Positions 51,804 through 62,802 of a DNA stretch of 64,000 nucleotides are shown in pieces. The notes under the pieces are model-generated. The model saw nothing but the letters and a program-made list of their open reading frames with translations, was not told where the DNA came from and ran no database searches. Both the position numbers and the translations under genes were made by a program. Source of the stretch: Trypanosoma brucei (lineage: Eukaryota); contig CM000208.1 in assembly GCA_000002445.1 (NCBI GenBank), forward strand, positions 64,001-128,000. The letters are read 5' to 3'. Positions within the stretch are counted from its first letter, which is position 1; every line of letters begins with the position of its first letter.

Positions 51804-53729
51804 ATGCCCGAGGCGTATATTGAGGAAACACAAAGTAAACTGGGGGCTGTTATTAGTTCCCCAAAGTTATCTGAGAAACTCCTTTTGAAACCTCCTTTCC
51901 GTTTTTTGCATGACATTGTCACCAGTTTTATTAAAGCAACTGGGTTCCCTGATGGTTTATATCCCGAAGATATGCTTGACAGTGCAAATGTATCCGATAA
52001 AGAAAAGAAGATACAATTCCTTAGTCTCCTTATTGCGGCCGTTGAGTCGGCAACGGGTTCAAAGGTGTCAGCCAATCCTTCTAAAATTGTCGCGGGACAT
52101 GAACCTGAGCAAACAAACGAATTACTTCAGTTACTTGCTTCTTGCGCTGCACTTCCGTCGGATAAAAAGGCAGCGGCCGTAAAGGCAGCAAAAAGTGCGG
52201 GAGACGCTACGAAATCATCAAGCAGCAAAGGCGGGGACGACGACGAGAAGCGCAAGCGACGCGAAGAAGAAAAGAAGAAACGAAAGGAAGAGGAAGGTGA
52301 TGGTGAAAAGAAGAAACATAAGGAAGAAGACGGCGAGAAAAAGAAGCACAAGGAGGAAGACGGCGAAAAGAAAAAACATAGGGAAGAGGATGGAGAAAGG
52401 AAGAAGCATAAAGAAGAGGACAGTGAGAAGAAGAAACGCAAGGAAGGAGAAGGGGAAGAAAAGAAGAAACATAAGGAAGAAGATGGTGAGAAAAAGAAAC
52501 GAAAAGAGGAGGAGGGAGACGGTGAAAAGAAAAAGCATAGAGACGAAGATGGAGAAAAGAAAAAGCATCGGGAGGATGATGGAGAAAGAAAGAAGCGAAA
52601 GGAAGAGGAAGGTGATGGTGAAAAGAAGAAACACAAGGAAGAAGATGGCGAGAAGAAGAAACGAAAAGAGGAGGAGGGAGACGAGAAGAAAAAACATAGG
52701 GAAGACGAAAGTGAGAGAAAGAAACGAAAGGAGGAAGATGGAGAGAAAAAGAAACGAAAAGAGGAAGAAGGAGAGAAAAAGAAACGGAAGGAGGAGGATG
52801 GTGATGGTGAAAAGAAGAAACGTAGGGACGAGGATGATGAGGAACGCCGTAGGAGACATGAAGAGAGGAAGCGACAAGAAAAGAAAGCTGCTGAGCAGGC
52901 GCAAGGTAGTGCCGGAGCTGAGCCATCTGAAGGTAAGGGTGCGGATGGTACTACAGAAGGTGCTACTGGCCAACAGCAATTACCAACACGTCAGCTTATC
53001 CGCAAATCGTCTGCGGGGAAAGCGCCACCACGTTCGAAGGCTTCGCACGAAGTTGTTGCTGATGATGGTAGTTCTGCAAATGTTGCTGAAGTGATCCGTG
53101 AGACGAAGCGTGGTGCTGCCGGGGAGGGTTCTAAAGAAGATGGAGAGGAAAATGATTGGATGCGTGTCGCTGAGCAACAGGCCGCACGACCAACGAAAGA
53201 CAGTGACGGCACTTTACAAGATGGTGAGGCAAAGGGATATCTCGGCCAGCAGGCTTTGCGAGCGAAGCGGGAGCAAGAAGAAGAGACCGCGCGTCTGGCG
53301 CAGGATGGTGGTGCACGAGGTCCTCGAGAGGGCGGTATTATTATTCACAGCAACAGGGCTGGTAAGAGCGGTGGCACCATGGCGGAGGGCGAACTCAGCA
53401 AACTTCGGCAACAACTTCAACTGTTGACGAAAGCTTCTAATCCTCTTGGAAAACTTTTGGAGTCGATTCACGATGACATCGACACAATGGGGCGGGAATT
53501 GGAAATGTGGAGATCGGAGGCACGCAGCCAGGCGCTTGCTGCTGCTGATGCACGCCGGCAAACAACAGAAAGTCTTCAGGAGGTACACGCCCAACTGCAG
53601 GCTCTAGAAGACGCTATAAGTGATCAAATATTGAAAAACCATAACATACGGCGCAATATCATCAGTAACGACAATGCCATTGCTGGAATGGTCCGCATGT
53701 TTGTTAATCCCGATGCCCTTACCCGTTAG
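51804..53729 (+). CDS. IFT54: Intraflagellar transport protein IFT54 (TRAF3IP1/MIP-T3 homolog), with an expanded K/E/D-rich tandem-repeat linker
   Basis: N-terminus '[33 protein letters not shown]...[15 protein letters not shown]...[21 protein letters not shown]' closely matches MIP-T3 '[32 protein letters not shown]...AKISFLQKAIDVV...[21 protein letters not shown]'. C-terminal coiled coil, and a central repeat '[12 protein letters not shown]' about 15 times. ATG verified at 51804. Confidence 0.85.
   Translation: [641 protein letters not shown]
52236..52884 (+). repeat. In-frame tandem repeat (about 36-nt unit, about 15 copies) encoding (K/R)EE(D/E)GEKKK(H/R)KE inside IFT54
   Basis: Near-identical 'aaggaagaagacggcgagaaaaagaagcacaagg' units are visible directly. 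They generate the spurious long S/F/L-rich ORFs on the minus strand (52127-52979). Confidence 0.85.
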
Positions 53730-54671
53730 AATAGATGTTTTTTCGCGCTTTTCCCTAATATTAACCGTCGGCGTTTTCGACTGAAAAGTTACCTAGGTGG
53801 AGAATAGCACTGTGTGGATGCCATGCCGTGGAAGGGACTGCTTCTTGCGAGTGCGCTTGTATATGCGTTGGTCCCATGTCTCCAGCAGTTGCGTTATACC
53901 TTACATGTGGAGTAGATTACTCACTGTTACACACGCCAAAACGCGTGGCATACTTCTTGTTCTTTTTTTCTTTCATTTGTGTTGGTTGCTTGCATACCGT
54001 GGGCCGGTTGTGGGTAATGACAAGAGGTTTGGTTGCTTTCTCATATGCGATTGTACGCGAATCAGTATATACATATATATTTATATATATCTACATATGT
54101 GTGATTTGAATTATCATATTCACTTTATTTTCTGTTTGTACACACCAGTGCTGTTGGGATATTATAATGGGTAGAGTTACATTCGAGACTTTTAATCCAC
54201 GCTCTTCGCTCCACCCTAACAAGCAAACACACAAACATACATACACAAAAAGGAAACAGAAAGGGGCATACGTACTGGTTATTCAAGGGCTCCATTAGGC
54301 TTGTAGGTATTTTACTACACTGGTGTCACGGATTTACGCCTCCTGTTAACTGGTGTGAGTGAAGAGGTTGGGGTCTCACCAAAGGAGAGGAAGGGTTTTG
54401 TATTCGTTAGGACGGTGGAATATTACAGTCGGAAATTAGAGGAAGGAACTACTGCCCACACGGGCATCGTAGCGTATACATCCCCTCCATATTTTCGTCC
54501 CCCGGTTTCTTTTAGTGAGTCCATTTACGGATTGTAGCACAAGGCGGGGTTATTGAGGGTTTATTATTTTTGGTTTATTCATTCACTCATTCACTCACTT
54601 ACTAGTGTATATATAAATAAATATACATACGTACGCACTTACATTTCGCATCTCACACTTAGTGTCAGTGA

Positions 54672-56966
54672 ATGGAGAATTACACCCAACTTCGTGTGTT
54701 GGGGAAAGGTAGCTTTGGCTCCGCATGGTTAGTGCAACGTCGAAGCGACCGCGTGAAGTTTGTAGCTAAAGAGGTGAGATTAGCCGGTTTACGGCCTGCC
54801 GAACGGGACAGTGCCAAACGCGAGATTGACCTTCTTCGTACTCTTCACCATCCAAATATTACGCGATATGTGGACCATTTTGAACACCGTGGTGCGTTGT
54901 ATATTGTAATGGAGTATGCAGACGGTGGGGATCTGTATTCAGCAATTAGAAATCGCAGAGGCACGCGTTTCTCTGAAAAAGAGATTTTACACTATTTTTC
55001 ACAGCTGTGTTTGGCTATGCTGCATTTGCATGAAAAGCACATTTTGCACCGTGACCTGAAAACGCAAAACGTTTTTCTGACGAGTGATGGGGTTGTTAAA
55101 TTGGGTGACTTTGGTATTAGTACCGTGTTACGCAACACATTCGAACTGAAGCGGACAGTGTGCGGAACTCCGTATTATTTTTCGCCGGAGCTGTGCCTTA
55201 ATAAACCGTACAACAATAAGAGTGATGTATGGGCCCTTGGCTGCATTTTATATGAACTGACGACCCTGACGCATGCTTTCGACGGAAACAATATGAAGGC
55301 CCTCGTACAGAAAATTCTAAAGGGTAGCTACCCGCCTATCCATAGTAGTTATTCGACTAGTTTGTCTAAGCTCATATCGTCAATGCTTCAGATTGATCCC
55401 CAACGGCGTCCAAGTGTTAGCGAAATTATTTCATCTCCATACATACGTGAGTCACTCTCATTACTGCAACGAGTGGTCAAAGATGCCCACAATAATAAAG
55501 GGCCATGCCAACTAGCAGGTGACAAGGAGCGGGCAGCAGCTGGATTTAAACAGCAGGAAAAGGCCCAGGAGGCCCCCATGCGGGCTGAAGAACGCCGTAA
55601 AGAAGAACACGCAAAGGCAATGCATGCTGCAAAGGAGCGATTACAACTCCGCATGCAAGGTGAAGCTCGAAATCGTGAAAATGAAGAGAAGTTGCGGCAA
55701 CTGAAGCTGGACCAACGCCAAGCGGAAGTGGAGCAGAAGATAAGAAAACAAGAATTGGAAGCCCGTGTGCGGGAGCAGCGAAAACTACTTGAAAAGCGAG
55801 CCAAAGCGCACGCACTGTTGGAGAAACAAAGGGAAGAGGAATGGGAGCGCAACATGAGGGAGCATGCAGAGGAAGTTAGGCGAGGCCAAGGAGAGGAGGG
55901 TTGTGCACGTGACAACAGAGAAACAAACGCTCCTAACGATAGACCGTGTAATCGATACGGTGATGGTGGACGGCGGTCTCCATTGAAAGTCCCACCTTCT
56001 CCAACAGCAGCAGCAGAGTTGTACCGTGAGATGCGCCGCCAGGCAGCCCTGAATAAGCAGCGCTTTATGGAAGAGATGAAAGTAGAGCAACCACCTCCTG
56101 CCGTTAGCGGGCAACCCAACGGGAATGGGAAATTACCACCGAATAGGGGAGGGAACGCGTTGGGTAACCCTCTGGGGAATGGCCAGCAGCCGCAACCGAT
56201 ATCACCACTAGACGATATGGAAGCACGCCGCAAGGCTTATTGGGATATGCGGCGGGAGGCAGAAGAGAACAGGCGACGAGCACTGGCTTTAGAGGCAGGT
56301 CCAAGCGCTGTGCAGGTGGAACAACCCGAAGCGGCACCCCCTAAGGAATCGGCAATGCCACACATAGTGAAAAAGCCTGCACCACAGCAACGGCCGCAAG
56401 CCAATGATAACAAACCAAAGGATGTTTGCCCTTTGCTCTATGCAAAGCGCACCGCCAACAATGAGGGCCCGCCGTCGCCACAACTGGAGCCGAACACTCC
56501 CGCCAATAGGGTTGGAGTCTACCCTGAAGTTAGTCGCGCAGATTCTCCAGATAGTGGGACGGAGGTGAAGAGAGACGAGGATTATAACGCACTCCAGACT
56601 CTTATAGACAGGGCGCTGACAAAGAAGGGCGATCGTGAGAGTGATGAAGACTTCAATGATGAAGCGTTCGTGGACTCTGATATATCACGTTTTGTGCTGG
56701 ATGGACGGACACTCGTGCTTCCGAAAGTGCAAGCCACAGATCCATTGATGCACCGTATCGAGTCTCTTCGCCTTTTCCTTGAGGGCGAACTTGGCGAGTC
56801 CAAACTCTTGGGAGCTTACCGGCAGATGAATGATATTAGTGCGGACGACGACGAAGCAATGCAGCGTGTTCGGGATGAACTTCCAGAAGCCCACCATAAA
56901 TACATCCCAATCATTGCCCAACTGATTGTGTGCGAAGATGCATTTAATCGTCAAATGCTGCGGTAG
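54672..56966 (+). CDS. NIMA-related (NEK) serine/threonine kinase with a long coiled-coil / low-complexity C-terminal extension
   Basis: 'YTQLRVLGKGSFGSAWLVQ', 'HRDLKTQNVFL', 'LGDFGIS', 'CGTPYYFSPELC', 'DVWALGCILYEL' make up a NEK-type catalytic domain. It is followed by E/R/K-rich coiled coil 'EERRKEEHAKAMHAAKERLQL...'. ATG verified at 54672. Confidence 0.85.
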   Translation: MENYTQLRVLGKGSFGSAWLVQRRSDRVKFVAKEVRLAGLRPAERDSAKREIDLLRTLHHPNITRYVDHFEHRGALYIVMEYADGGDLYSAIRNRRGTRFSEKEILHYFSQLCLAMLHLHEKHILHRDLKTQNVFLTSDGVVKLGDFGISTVLRNTFELKRTVCGTPYYFSPELCLNKPYNNKSDVWALGCILYELTTLTHAFDGNNMKALVQKILKGSYPPIHSSYSTSLSKLISSMLQIDPQRRPSVSEIISSPYIRESLSLLQRVVKDAHNNKGPCQLAGDKERAAAGFKQQEKAQEAPMRAEERRKEEHAKAMHAAKERLQLRMQGEARNRENEEKLRQLKLDQRQAEVEQKIRKQELEARVREQRKLLEKRAKAHALLEKQREEEWERNMREHAEEVRRGQGEEGCARDNRETNAPNDRPCNRYGDGGRRSPLKVPPSPTAAAELYREMRRQAALNKQRFMEEMKVEQPPPAVSGQPNGNGKLPPNRGGNALGNPLGNGQQPQPISPLDDMEARRKAYWDMRREAEENRRRALALEAGPSAVQVEQPEAAPPKESAMPHIVKKPAPQQRPQANDNKPKDVCPLLYAKRTANNEGPPSPQLEPNTPANRVGVYPEVSRADSPDSGTEVKRDEDYNALQTLIDRALTKKGDRESDEDFNDEAFVDSDISRFVLDGRTLVLPKVQATDPLMHRIESLRLFLEGELGESKLLGAYRQMNDISADDDEAMQRVRDELPEAHHKYIPIIAQLIVCEDAFNRQMLR

Positions 56967-58437
56967 GGCTGGCACCGGTACATGTTTTTCTTTAGGGTGC
57001 GATTCCCATGAGTGGAGTGTAGCTTTAGATTTGTTGCTGAAAGAATATATCGGACTGTCAACTTCGTTTAGTTACTGTTTCCTCTTTTGGTATTTTTTTG
57101 TTTCTTTCAATTTGCTAGCGCCTAGTTGATTCACGTGGTTGTTTCTTTGTTTGTAGGCTGTTATGTGGGCTCTGAGGGTTCTAGAACCATCTTCGTGTCA
57201 TTTTGTTTTTTCTTTACTAATTCACCTCCCTTCTGATTTTTTCTTGTGGAAGAAGGGCCAACTAGGAGGAGGATTATAAAGGAAGAGGAGAAAGGTGCTG
57301 TTCTTTTCTTTTCAATCGGCATGCCACAGGAAGTGTTGTTTTCATTAACCAGCGCTCTCCTTTTACTTTACTCGTGATCTGCTGAATGTATATATTTCAC
57401 TTTTTGTTTACTTCAGTCGTAGTGTTGAGTCTTTTTTATTCCTCCCTTTTCTCTTTTTTCCAGAGAGGGATGCGGGGATGCCCTTTCTTGTATTCTGTTA
57501 TTTTTCGTCTGCCTCCCCACGACGGAGAGGATTGTTTCTTTCCTTTGTTTTTCATTTACCTCACTTCGCTTCCATCAGCGAAAACTGCACTTGGAAATGA
57601 TTACTTGGAATACAGAACGAGTCATATCAGAAGGAGTTGCGAACCACCAACAGTCCGGTTGCGGGTTTTATTCTCTCTTTCTTTTTTTTCGCAATCGCGT
57701 TTCAAGGAGATAAAGATCCCCCTTTTCGCAGTATTTTGTCTGTTGGGTTGGTGGTATTGTACATTTTAAAGAAAACTAAATTTGGTTCGTTGTGTTGCTC
57801 GCATGTTGGTAGTGGGAAAAGGGGGGGGTGGTTTGTTTCGTCTATTTTTCCTTCCCAACACCACCACACATCACGGAGACCCAAACGCCCACCCCTGTTG
57901 TGGTGTGCTTCATGTCTTTTTCATTAATATTTTTGGACTTTCTTCTACCTACCGGAACCTAGGAATTATTCACCAAAATGAGTGAATGTATACACAAATA
58001 TGTTGTCTCCCGATACCCATCCGTTTGTTTATAAACGAGGTTGCTCTTAAGCGAGCCGCCACCTGAAGAAAAGTTATGCGTGAGGTGAAACCATGTAACC
58101 TGCAAACATACAAGGATGTTTTATTCTTTTTTGTTATGTGGGGTCAAATTTGACATGCTGCCTCTGTTGCTATTACGGATAACTTGTTTTTATTCATTTC
58201 TTACGTCTCCATGTTTGACCTCATTCTTATGTTTGTGGGCAAGTACGTGGCACTAAATCAGAAGGTGGTCGCTGCACTCGTAGGTGGACGCACAGACAAA
58301 ACATACTCACAACTAACAGTTGACCCCTCAACGCCATCGCAGTTACCGTTGTACCCTTCGCCTTCATCAAGGGACTGTCCGTTTTTTTTTGCCCTGTTAT
58401 TAACCTCAAACTACCCTAACATCATTGGCATCAAATA

Positions 58438-60015
58438 ATGCGGTGCAACAAAGCATTACATCGGTATGATGCTGTTGTGGTGGGTGGGGGTCTTGCGGGG
58501 TGCCTTGTCGCCGGCCGTCTTGCGATGGACAACCGGCGGATTGCCGTTATTGAAGAGGGTGAAGATATTCGGCGACAGCCCCGGTGGCATCGTAACTTGG
58601 CATGTAGCCTCCTGTCGCATAGATGCGGGGGCCGTGGTTACGAGAGCCATACCAACGTTACAACTCCTCAGCTTTCGCATGAAAAGGAAAATGCCCCTGC
58701 ACCCGTCATGATTCCAACACCGAAAGTGCTTGGCGGTGGCGGAGTCATGGGAGGCCGGTCATGGCTTATTGGTGATGAGGCGGATTGGACTGCAACTCCA
58801 TGGGACTTCCGTGGTGATCTTTTACCTCGTGTGCAACGCTTGGAAAATGTGGAAGGCGCAGGCCCACACCGCGGTCGTCGGGGGAGGTTTACCGTTGGTC
58901 GCTCGCACGCCCAATCTCCACTTTTTAGGGTATTTTGCGAAGCAATGTCAAAAGACACGTCAATAACAAGTGATTTCAACAAGAAGGCGTTTGCTGTGCG
59001 GACGGGTTGCGGGCGTACTGAGTCTTTTGTAGACCCAAATACAGGTGTGGCGCATACCACACTGCAGAGTTACTTGATGGACGCCATCGAACTTAGGCGA
59101 CCGCTAGACGTGATATGCAACGCGAGAGTCTTTGGTATCAGCAGCGGTAAGGACGACCCGGCTATTGCAACTGGTGTCTCCTACACCCAAAAGGGTGAAA
59201 CGGTGCATGTTGAAGCAGATGATGTTATTCTTTGCGCTGGAGGGATCGGTACACCATTACTCTTAGCTGCATCCCGCGGTCCACTTCCCATCGACCAGTC
59301 GGTTGGCACAAATTTTTGGGATGCACCGCAGGTGAAGCTCCAATTTCGTACCCCATCGTCGCTCAGTCACAATTGCTTCATGGACCCGTTGGTGCAGGCA
59401 TTTTTGTGGCCCAATGTAACGTACGGCACCCCTATTAGTTCCCTGCGTTCTGCATATGACGACATGATTTGTTTCTGGTCGAGCACAGGAGGACAAACCC
59501 CTGATGTAAAATTCATTTTTCAGCCGTTCACGCTCAACAATGACGGCTCACAACCGAAAAATGTGACTCATGGAGTGCAGATTATTGCTCAGCTGCTGAA
59601 GCCCAAAAGTCGCGGGTCCATATGCGCTGATGGCACCATTAACCCGCAGTATTTTTCCCATACGGATGATGCAGCAGTTCTCAGCAAAGCCGTGGCGCGA
59701 GTGAAGGAGCTGTCGAAGGTATTGCCTTTTTCTAACCTTTTTTCTGAACTTATTGCTGAGCATTTTGAGTCAGCAGGCGTCTACGGCGGGGCAACGTACC
59801 CGGCGGTCGCACCTGAGACATTTCTCGTGAAAGGTACGCGAAACGTGTATGCATGTGACGAAAGTATTTTGCCCTCCCCATTGTTAGGTGGATCTCTGCC
59901 TTTTATATTGGCTTTAGGGGAAAAATTTAGTGATCATTATTTGCAGAAACTGGAGACTACCGGTAAAGCAGCTGCATCGGAAGGTATCGATGCGAAGGCG
60001 CGTATAATTTATTGA
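58438..60015 (+). CDS. GMC-family FAD-dependent oxidoreductase (choline dehydrogenase-like)
   Basis: N-terminal Rossmann 'YDAVVVGGGLAGCLVAGRLA...IAVIEEGED'; 'LGGGGVMGGRSW' resembles GMC signature 1; the C-terminal region is typical of GMC substrate-binding domains. ATG verified at 58438. Confidence 0.7.
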   Translation: MRCNKALHRYDAVVVGGGLAGCLVAGRLAMDNRRIAVIEEGEDIRRQPRWHRNLACSLLSHRCGGRGYESHTNVTTPQLSHEKENAPAPVMIPTPKVLGGGGVMGGRSWLIGDEADWTATPWDFRGDLLPRVQRLENVEGAGPHRGRRGRFTVGRSHAQSPLFRVFCEAMSKDTSITSDFNKKAFAVRTGCGRTESFVDPNTGVAHTTLQSYLMDAIELRRPLDVICNARVFGISSGKDDPAIATGVSYTQKGETVHVEADDVILCAGGIGTPLLLAASRGPLPIDQSVGTNFWDAPQVKLQFRTPSSLSHNCFMDPLVQAFLWPNVTYGTPISSLRSAYDDMICFWSSTGGQTPDVKFIFQPFTLNNDGSQPKNVTHGVQIIAQLLKPKSRGSICADGTINPQYFSHTDDAAVLSKAVARVKELSKVLPFSNLFSELIAEHFESAGVYGGATYPAVAPETFLVKGTRNVYACDESILPSPLLGGSLPFILALGEKFSDHYLQKLETTGKAAASEGIDAKARIIY

Positions 60016-60043
60016 TTACTGTGGATACACATGTACATGTACA

Positions 60044-60046
<3 letters not shown>

Positions 60047-60080
<34 letters not shown>

Positions 60081-60105
60081 TTATTTATTTATTTATTTAT
60101 TTATA
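60047..60105. repeat. Compound microsatellite (TA)n followed by (TTTA)n
   Basis: 'atatatatatatatatatatatatatatat' followed by 'ttatttatttatttatttatttatttat', immediately 3' of the GMC oxidoreductase gene. Confidence 0.9.
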
Positions 60106-61500
60106 TGTGCACGCCACATTCCAAAAGTTGTCTATTGTTTCTCCAGTTAATTGTCTCCATCTTCTTTTGGCAGTGGAGCGGCCTGTTGCGTTGTTGTTTT
60201 GAATGCAGGCTCATGCGAAGGGGGCGGAGAGAATAAAACATAAGCAAGGTAGTTTTTTCATTTTATTTTTTTCCTTTTGTTGATGGAAACAAAGGTAGAG
60301 AAGATGAAGAAGGTGGAAACCTTGGGTTTGAGTCATTATTTTATTTATTTTGTGTGTATGTGTCTGCGCGGCCTCGTTTCGTTTTTTCAATAATTTATCA
60401 CTTATCGTATTCTCTGTTGTTTCCCTCCCTTTGTTTTGTTTAGGTCTCACATATCGATGTTGAGCGGATGCATGCTGTGCTAATGCGTTACCGGGTTATA
60501 TGAAGTGTTGTGTTCATCCATGTAAATGTGTGAGGGAAATGGATTGCAAGGTCTTTCATGTGGAGCAGCTCTCAACAGTGTTTTACCTTTCAATGCATTA
60601 CAGTGTGTTTATATCAGTTGTATTGATATGGTGCCAATTGATGCCTTACTGTTTTATTGCACTCAACTCAACTCTCTTTCAATCCCATCTTTTTTTTTCT
60701 TTTTAATTTCTCTCTGCTTGTCACCACGTATTAAACTACCTAAGCTATAGCACCAGGAGTCCATTCAAGCAAAAAGCCAGTCACAAGCATAAACAAATCG
60801 TTTATTTTGTTAAACGTGTAAAAGGCAAGAAAAAAAAGCGGGGGAAAAAAAAGGAAACAAAAAGGTGTATAAAAGGGGAGAGGAACCGAAAGATTGAGGT
60901 TGGTTTGAAGGCTCACCAAAAATACGTCTCTTTCTTTATCTGTTCCTTTATTATTTTGTTTACTTCAGTCAGGTGTTGTGAAGGGTAAAGAAGCAAAGCA
61001 AAAAAAGTAATAAATAAATAAAGTGTAAATAAGAAACAGTGGACACGATTGACAAACAAGGGAGATAGAGAAGTCCGCACGATAGACAGGTGAGGAAGAG
61101 CGTAAAGTGAATTCCAACAAAAGAGAAAAGACACAGAAGAAGAGCTTAAGAGAAAAGAGGAAAGCGCCTGAAATTTGAAAAAAAAAAAGGTGATTGTATC
61201 TGGGGAATTTTGTTGCATATAGAAGAAGGGAAGAAAACAAAGAAGAGGCAAAGATAACACAAAATTGGAACCGAGGCTCTGTCTGCGTGTGTGTGTGTGT
61301 TTGTGCCGAGTTCGCTTGCTGCTATTTCGGGATATTTTCTCTGCTTTTCTTTATTCGTGAAGAAGTACTCATACGCGTGACACAGTCGGACTAATCATTA
61401 GTGCTACAAAATAGCAGTCTTTTCCTAACTCAGGAATTGTCTGTTTTCTTTTTTTCTTTTTTTCGTATTTGTCGGCCGCTGGTACTTTGTAACAACCACC

Positions 61501-62802
61501 ATGGTTGATGTTAATGGAACGACAATTTTGACCTCTACGGTAGGGGGGTCCTCGCAGTCCAAATGTATTAAAAACACCAATGATTTCAACAATTCGCTAA
61601 CGAGGGCACGAAAACCACTTGGAATGCCTCAACTGGATGAGAAGCAACTGGAAGTGGGCGCCCCGGAGTCCACAGCACTTAACGCTCCTTTTGTAATGCA
61701 TGATGGTCTCGCAGCTCCGGCACCACCCGCCACGATGGAAAATGCGGCGCCGCCTATCGGTTTGGGTGGTCCTGTGCTTCTTGTGGGACCCGGAAGCCCA
61801 TACAATGCGGGAAATCTCTTCACCATTGACAATTCACAGGGAAATGCGGCATTTGTGACACTCTGCCAGCAGCCTTCCTTCCACTATCAACAACCAGCAC
61901 CACAACCTACTGTAGTGGATCAGGAAGTCGCACTTACACATAAATGTCTCCAAGAGTGCCCGCGGGCCGTGCTGGTGGCGGCTCTTACTTCCCTACTAGA
62001 GGAGTTCCCACTATTATGTCCAATCATTCGTCAACGCTGTGAAAAGGCCACAATGGTCTTACCGAAACAACAACAACATCAACAACAGCAACAACAGCAG
62101 CAGCAGCAACAACATCAACTTCAACATCAACAACAGGGAATAACGGGGCGGTTCGCTGGACTTACTCAATCTGCTGTCCCATGGGCTGCTCATCCTCCAA
62201 CTGCCAGTTATGACACCCAACGAACCACTCTTATTTCCACTGGTGGCAACTCACCGCAAACGGGGGGCTCTCGCAAGGGCCGTGGCAACAAATCCCGTGA
62301 GGAAGGCATTTGTAGCCTACACAATAATGTACGCTCCATGAACCATCTGCAACTCAATAAACAAAAAGGCGTGTATGAATGTGTCAGTGGCTTTCATTGC
62401 CTTGAAGACGGTTGCTCTGGCTCAGCCTCTCCTGCAAGTACAAAAGTGGCTCGCACTCCCTTAGCGCCAGTTGGGGTTTCACAAGTGCGCGGAGGAGACG
62501 GTCGCGGTGTTGCCTCCTTTGCTGCTATGAGTGGAGGAAATCTTATGGCAAGTTCGAAACTATCAGCACCTGTGGGATCAATTCAAGCTCCTAAAGATCA
62601 ATTCAGTGATTTCATGGCTAACAGTTTGGATAGCGGACTCACTCCATTCCGTGGAGACGTAAGCCTTGGAAACAGCGGTATTGTACCGTGTGATGATCCT
62701 CAAACCGCAGAGGGAAGTGAAACTATTGATCTCGATAGCAGCGTCGTGACATTAAAAAGTATCCTGCACAGCGTCCGAATGGTGGCTGAAATGGAAGAGT
62801 AA
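61501..62802 (+). CDS. Hypothetical protein (433 aa) containing a poly-Gln/His tract
   Basis: Clean ORF, ATG verified at 61501. 'QQQHQQQQQQQQQQQHQLQHQQQ' is encoded by a (CAA/CAG)n tract near 62065-62145. No domain recognised. Confidence 0.5.
   Translation: MVDVNGTTILTSTVGGSSQSKCIKNTNDFNNSLTRARKPLGMPQLDEKQLEVGAPESTALNAPFVMHDGLAAPAPPATMENAAPPIGLGGPVLLVGPGSPYNAGNLFTIDNSQGNAAFVTLCQQPSFHYQQPAPQPTVVDQEVALTHKCLQECPRAVLVAALTSLLEEFPLLCPIIRQRCEKATMVLPKQQQHQQQQQQQQQQQHQLQHQQQGITGRFAGLTQSAVPWAAHPPTASYDTQRTTLISTGGNSPQTGGSRKGRGNKSREEGICSLHNNVRSMNHLQLNKQKGVYECVSGFHCLEDGCSGSASPASTKVARTPLAPVGVSQVRGGDGRGVASFAAMSGGNLMASSKLSAPVGSIQAPKDQFSDFMANSLDSGLTPFRGDVSLGNSGIVPCDDPQTAEGSETIDLDSSVVTLKSILHSVRMVAEMEE

Noticed and set aside
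52127-52979. Three long overlapping minus-strand ORFs (169-253 aa) rich in S/F/L/P repeats
   Set aside because: They are the reverse-complement reading of the IFT54 K/E-rich 36-nt tandem repeat. Their low-complexity periodic translation and their position inside a well-supported + strand gene mark them as artefacts.
55388-56233. 281-aa minus-strand ORF antisense to the NEK kinase C-terminal region
   Set aside because: GC/purine-biased coiled-coil coding sequence often gives open antisense frames. The translation is Ala/Ser/Arg-rich with no motif. The sense-strand kinase is clearly the real gene.
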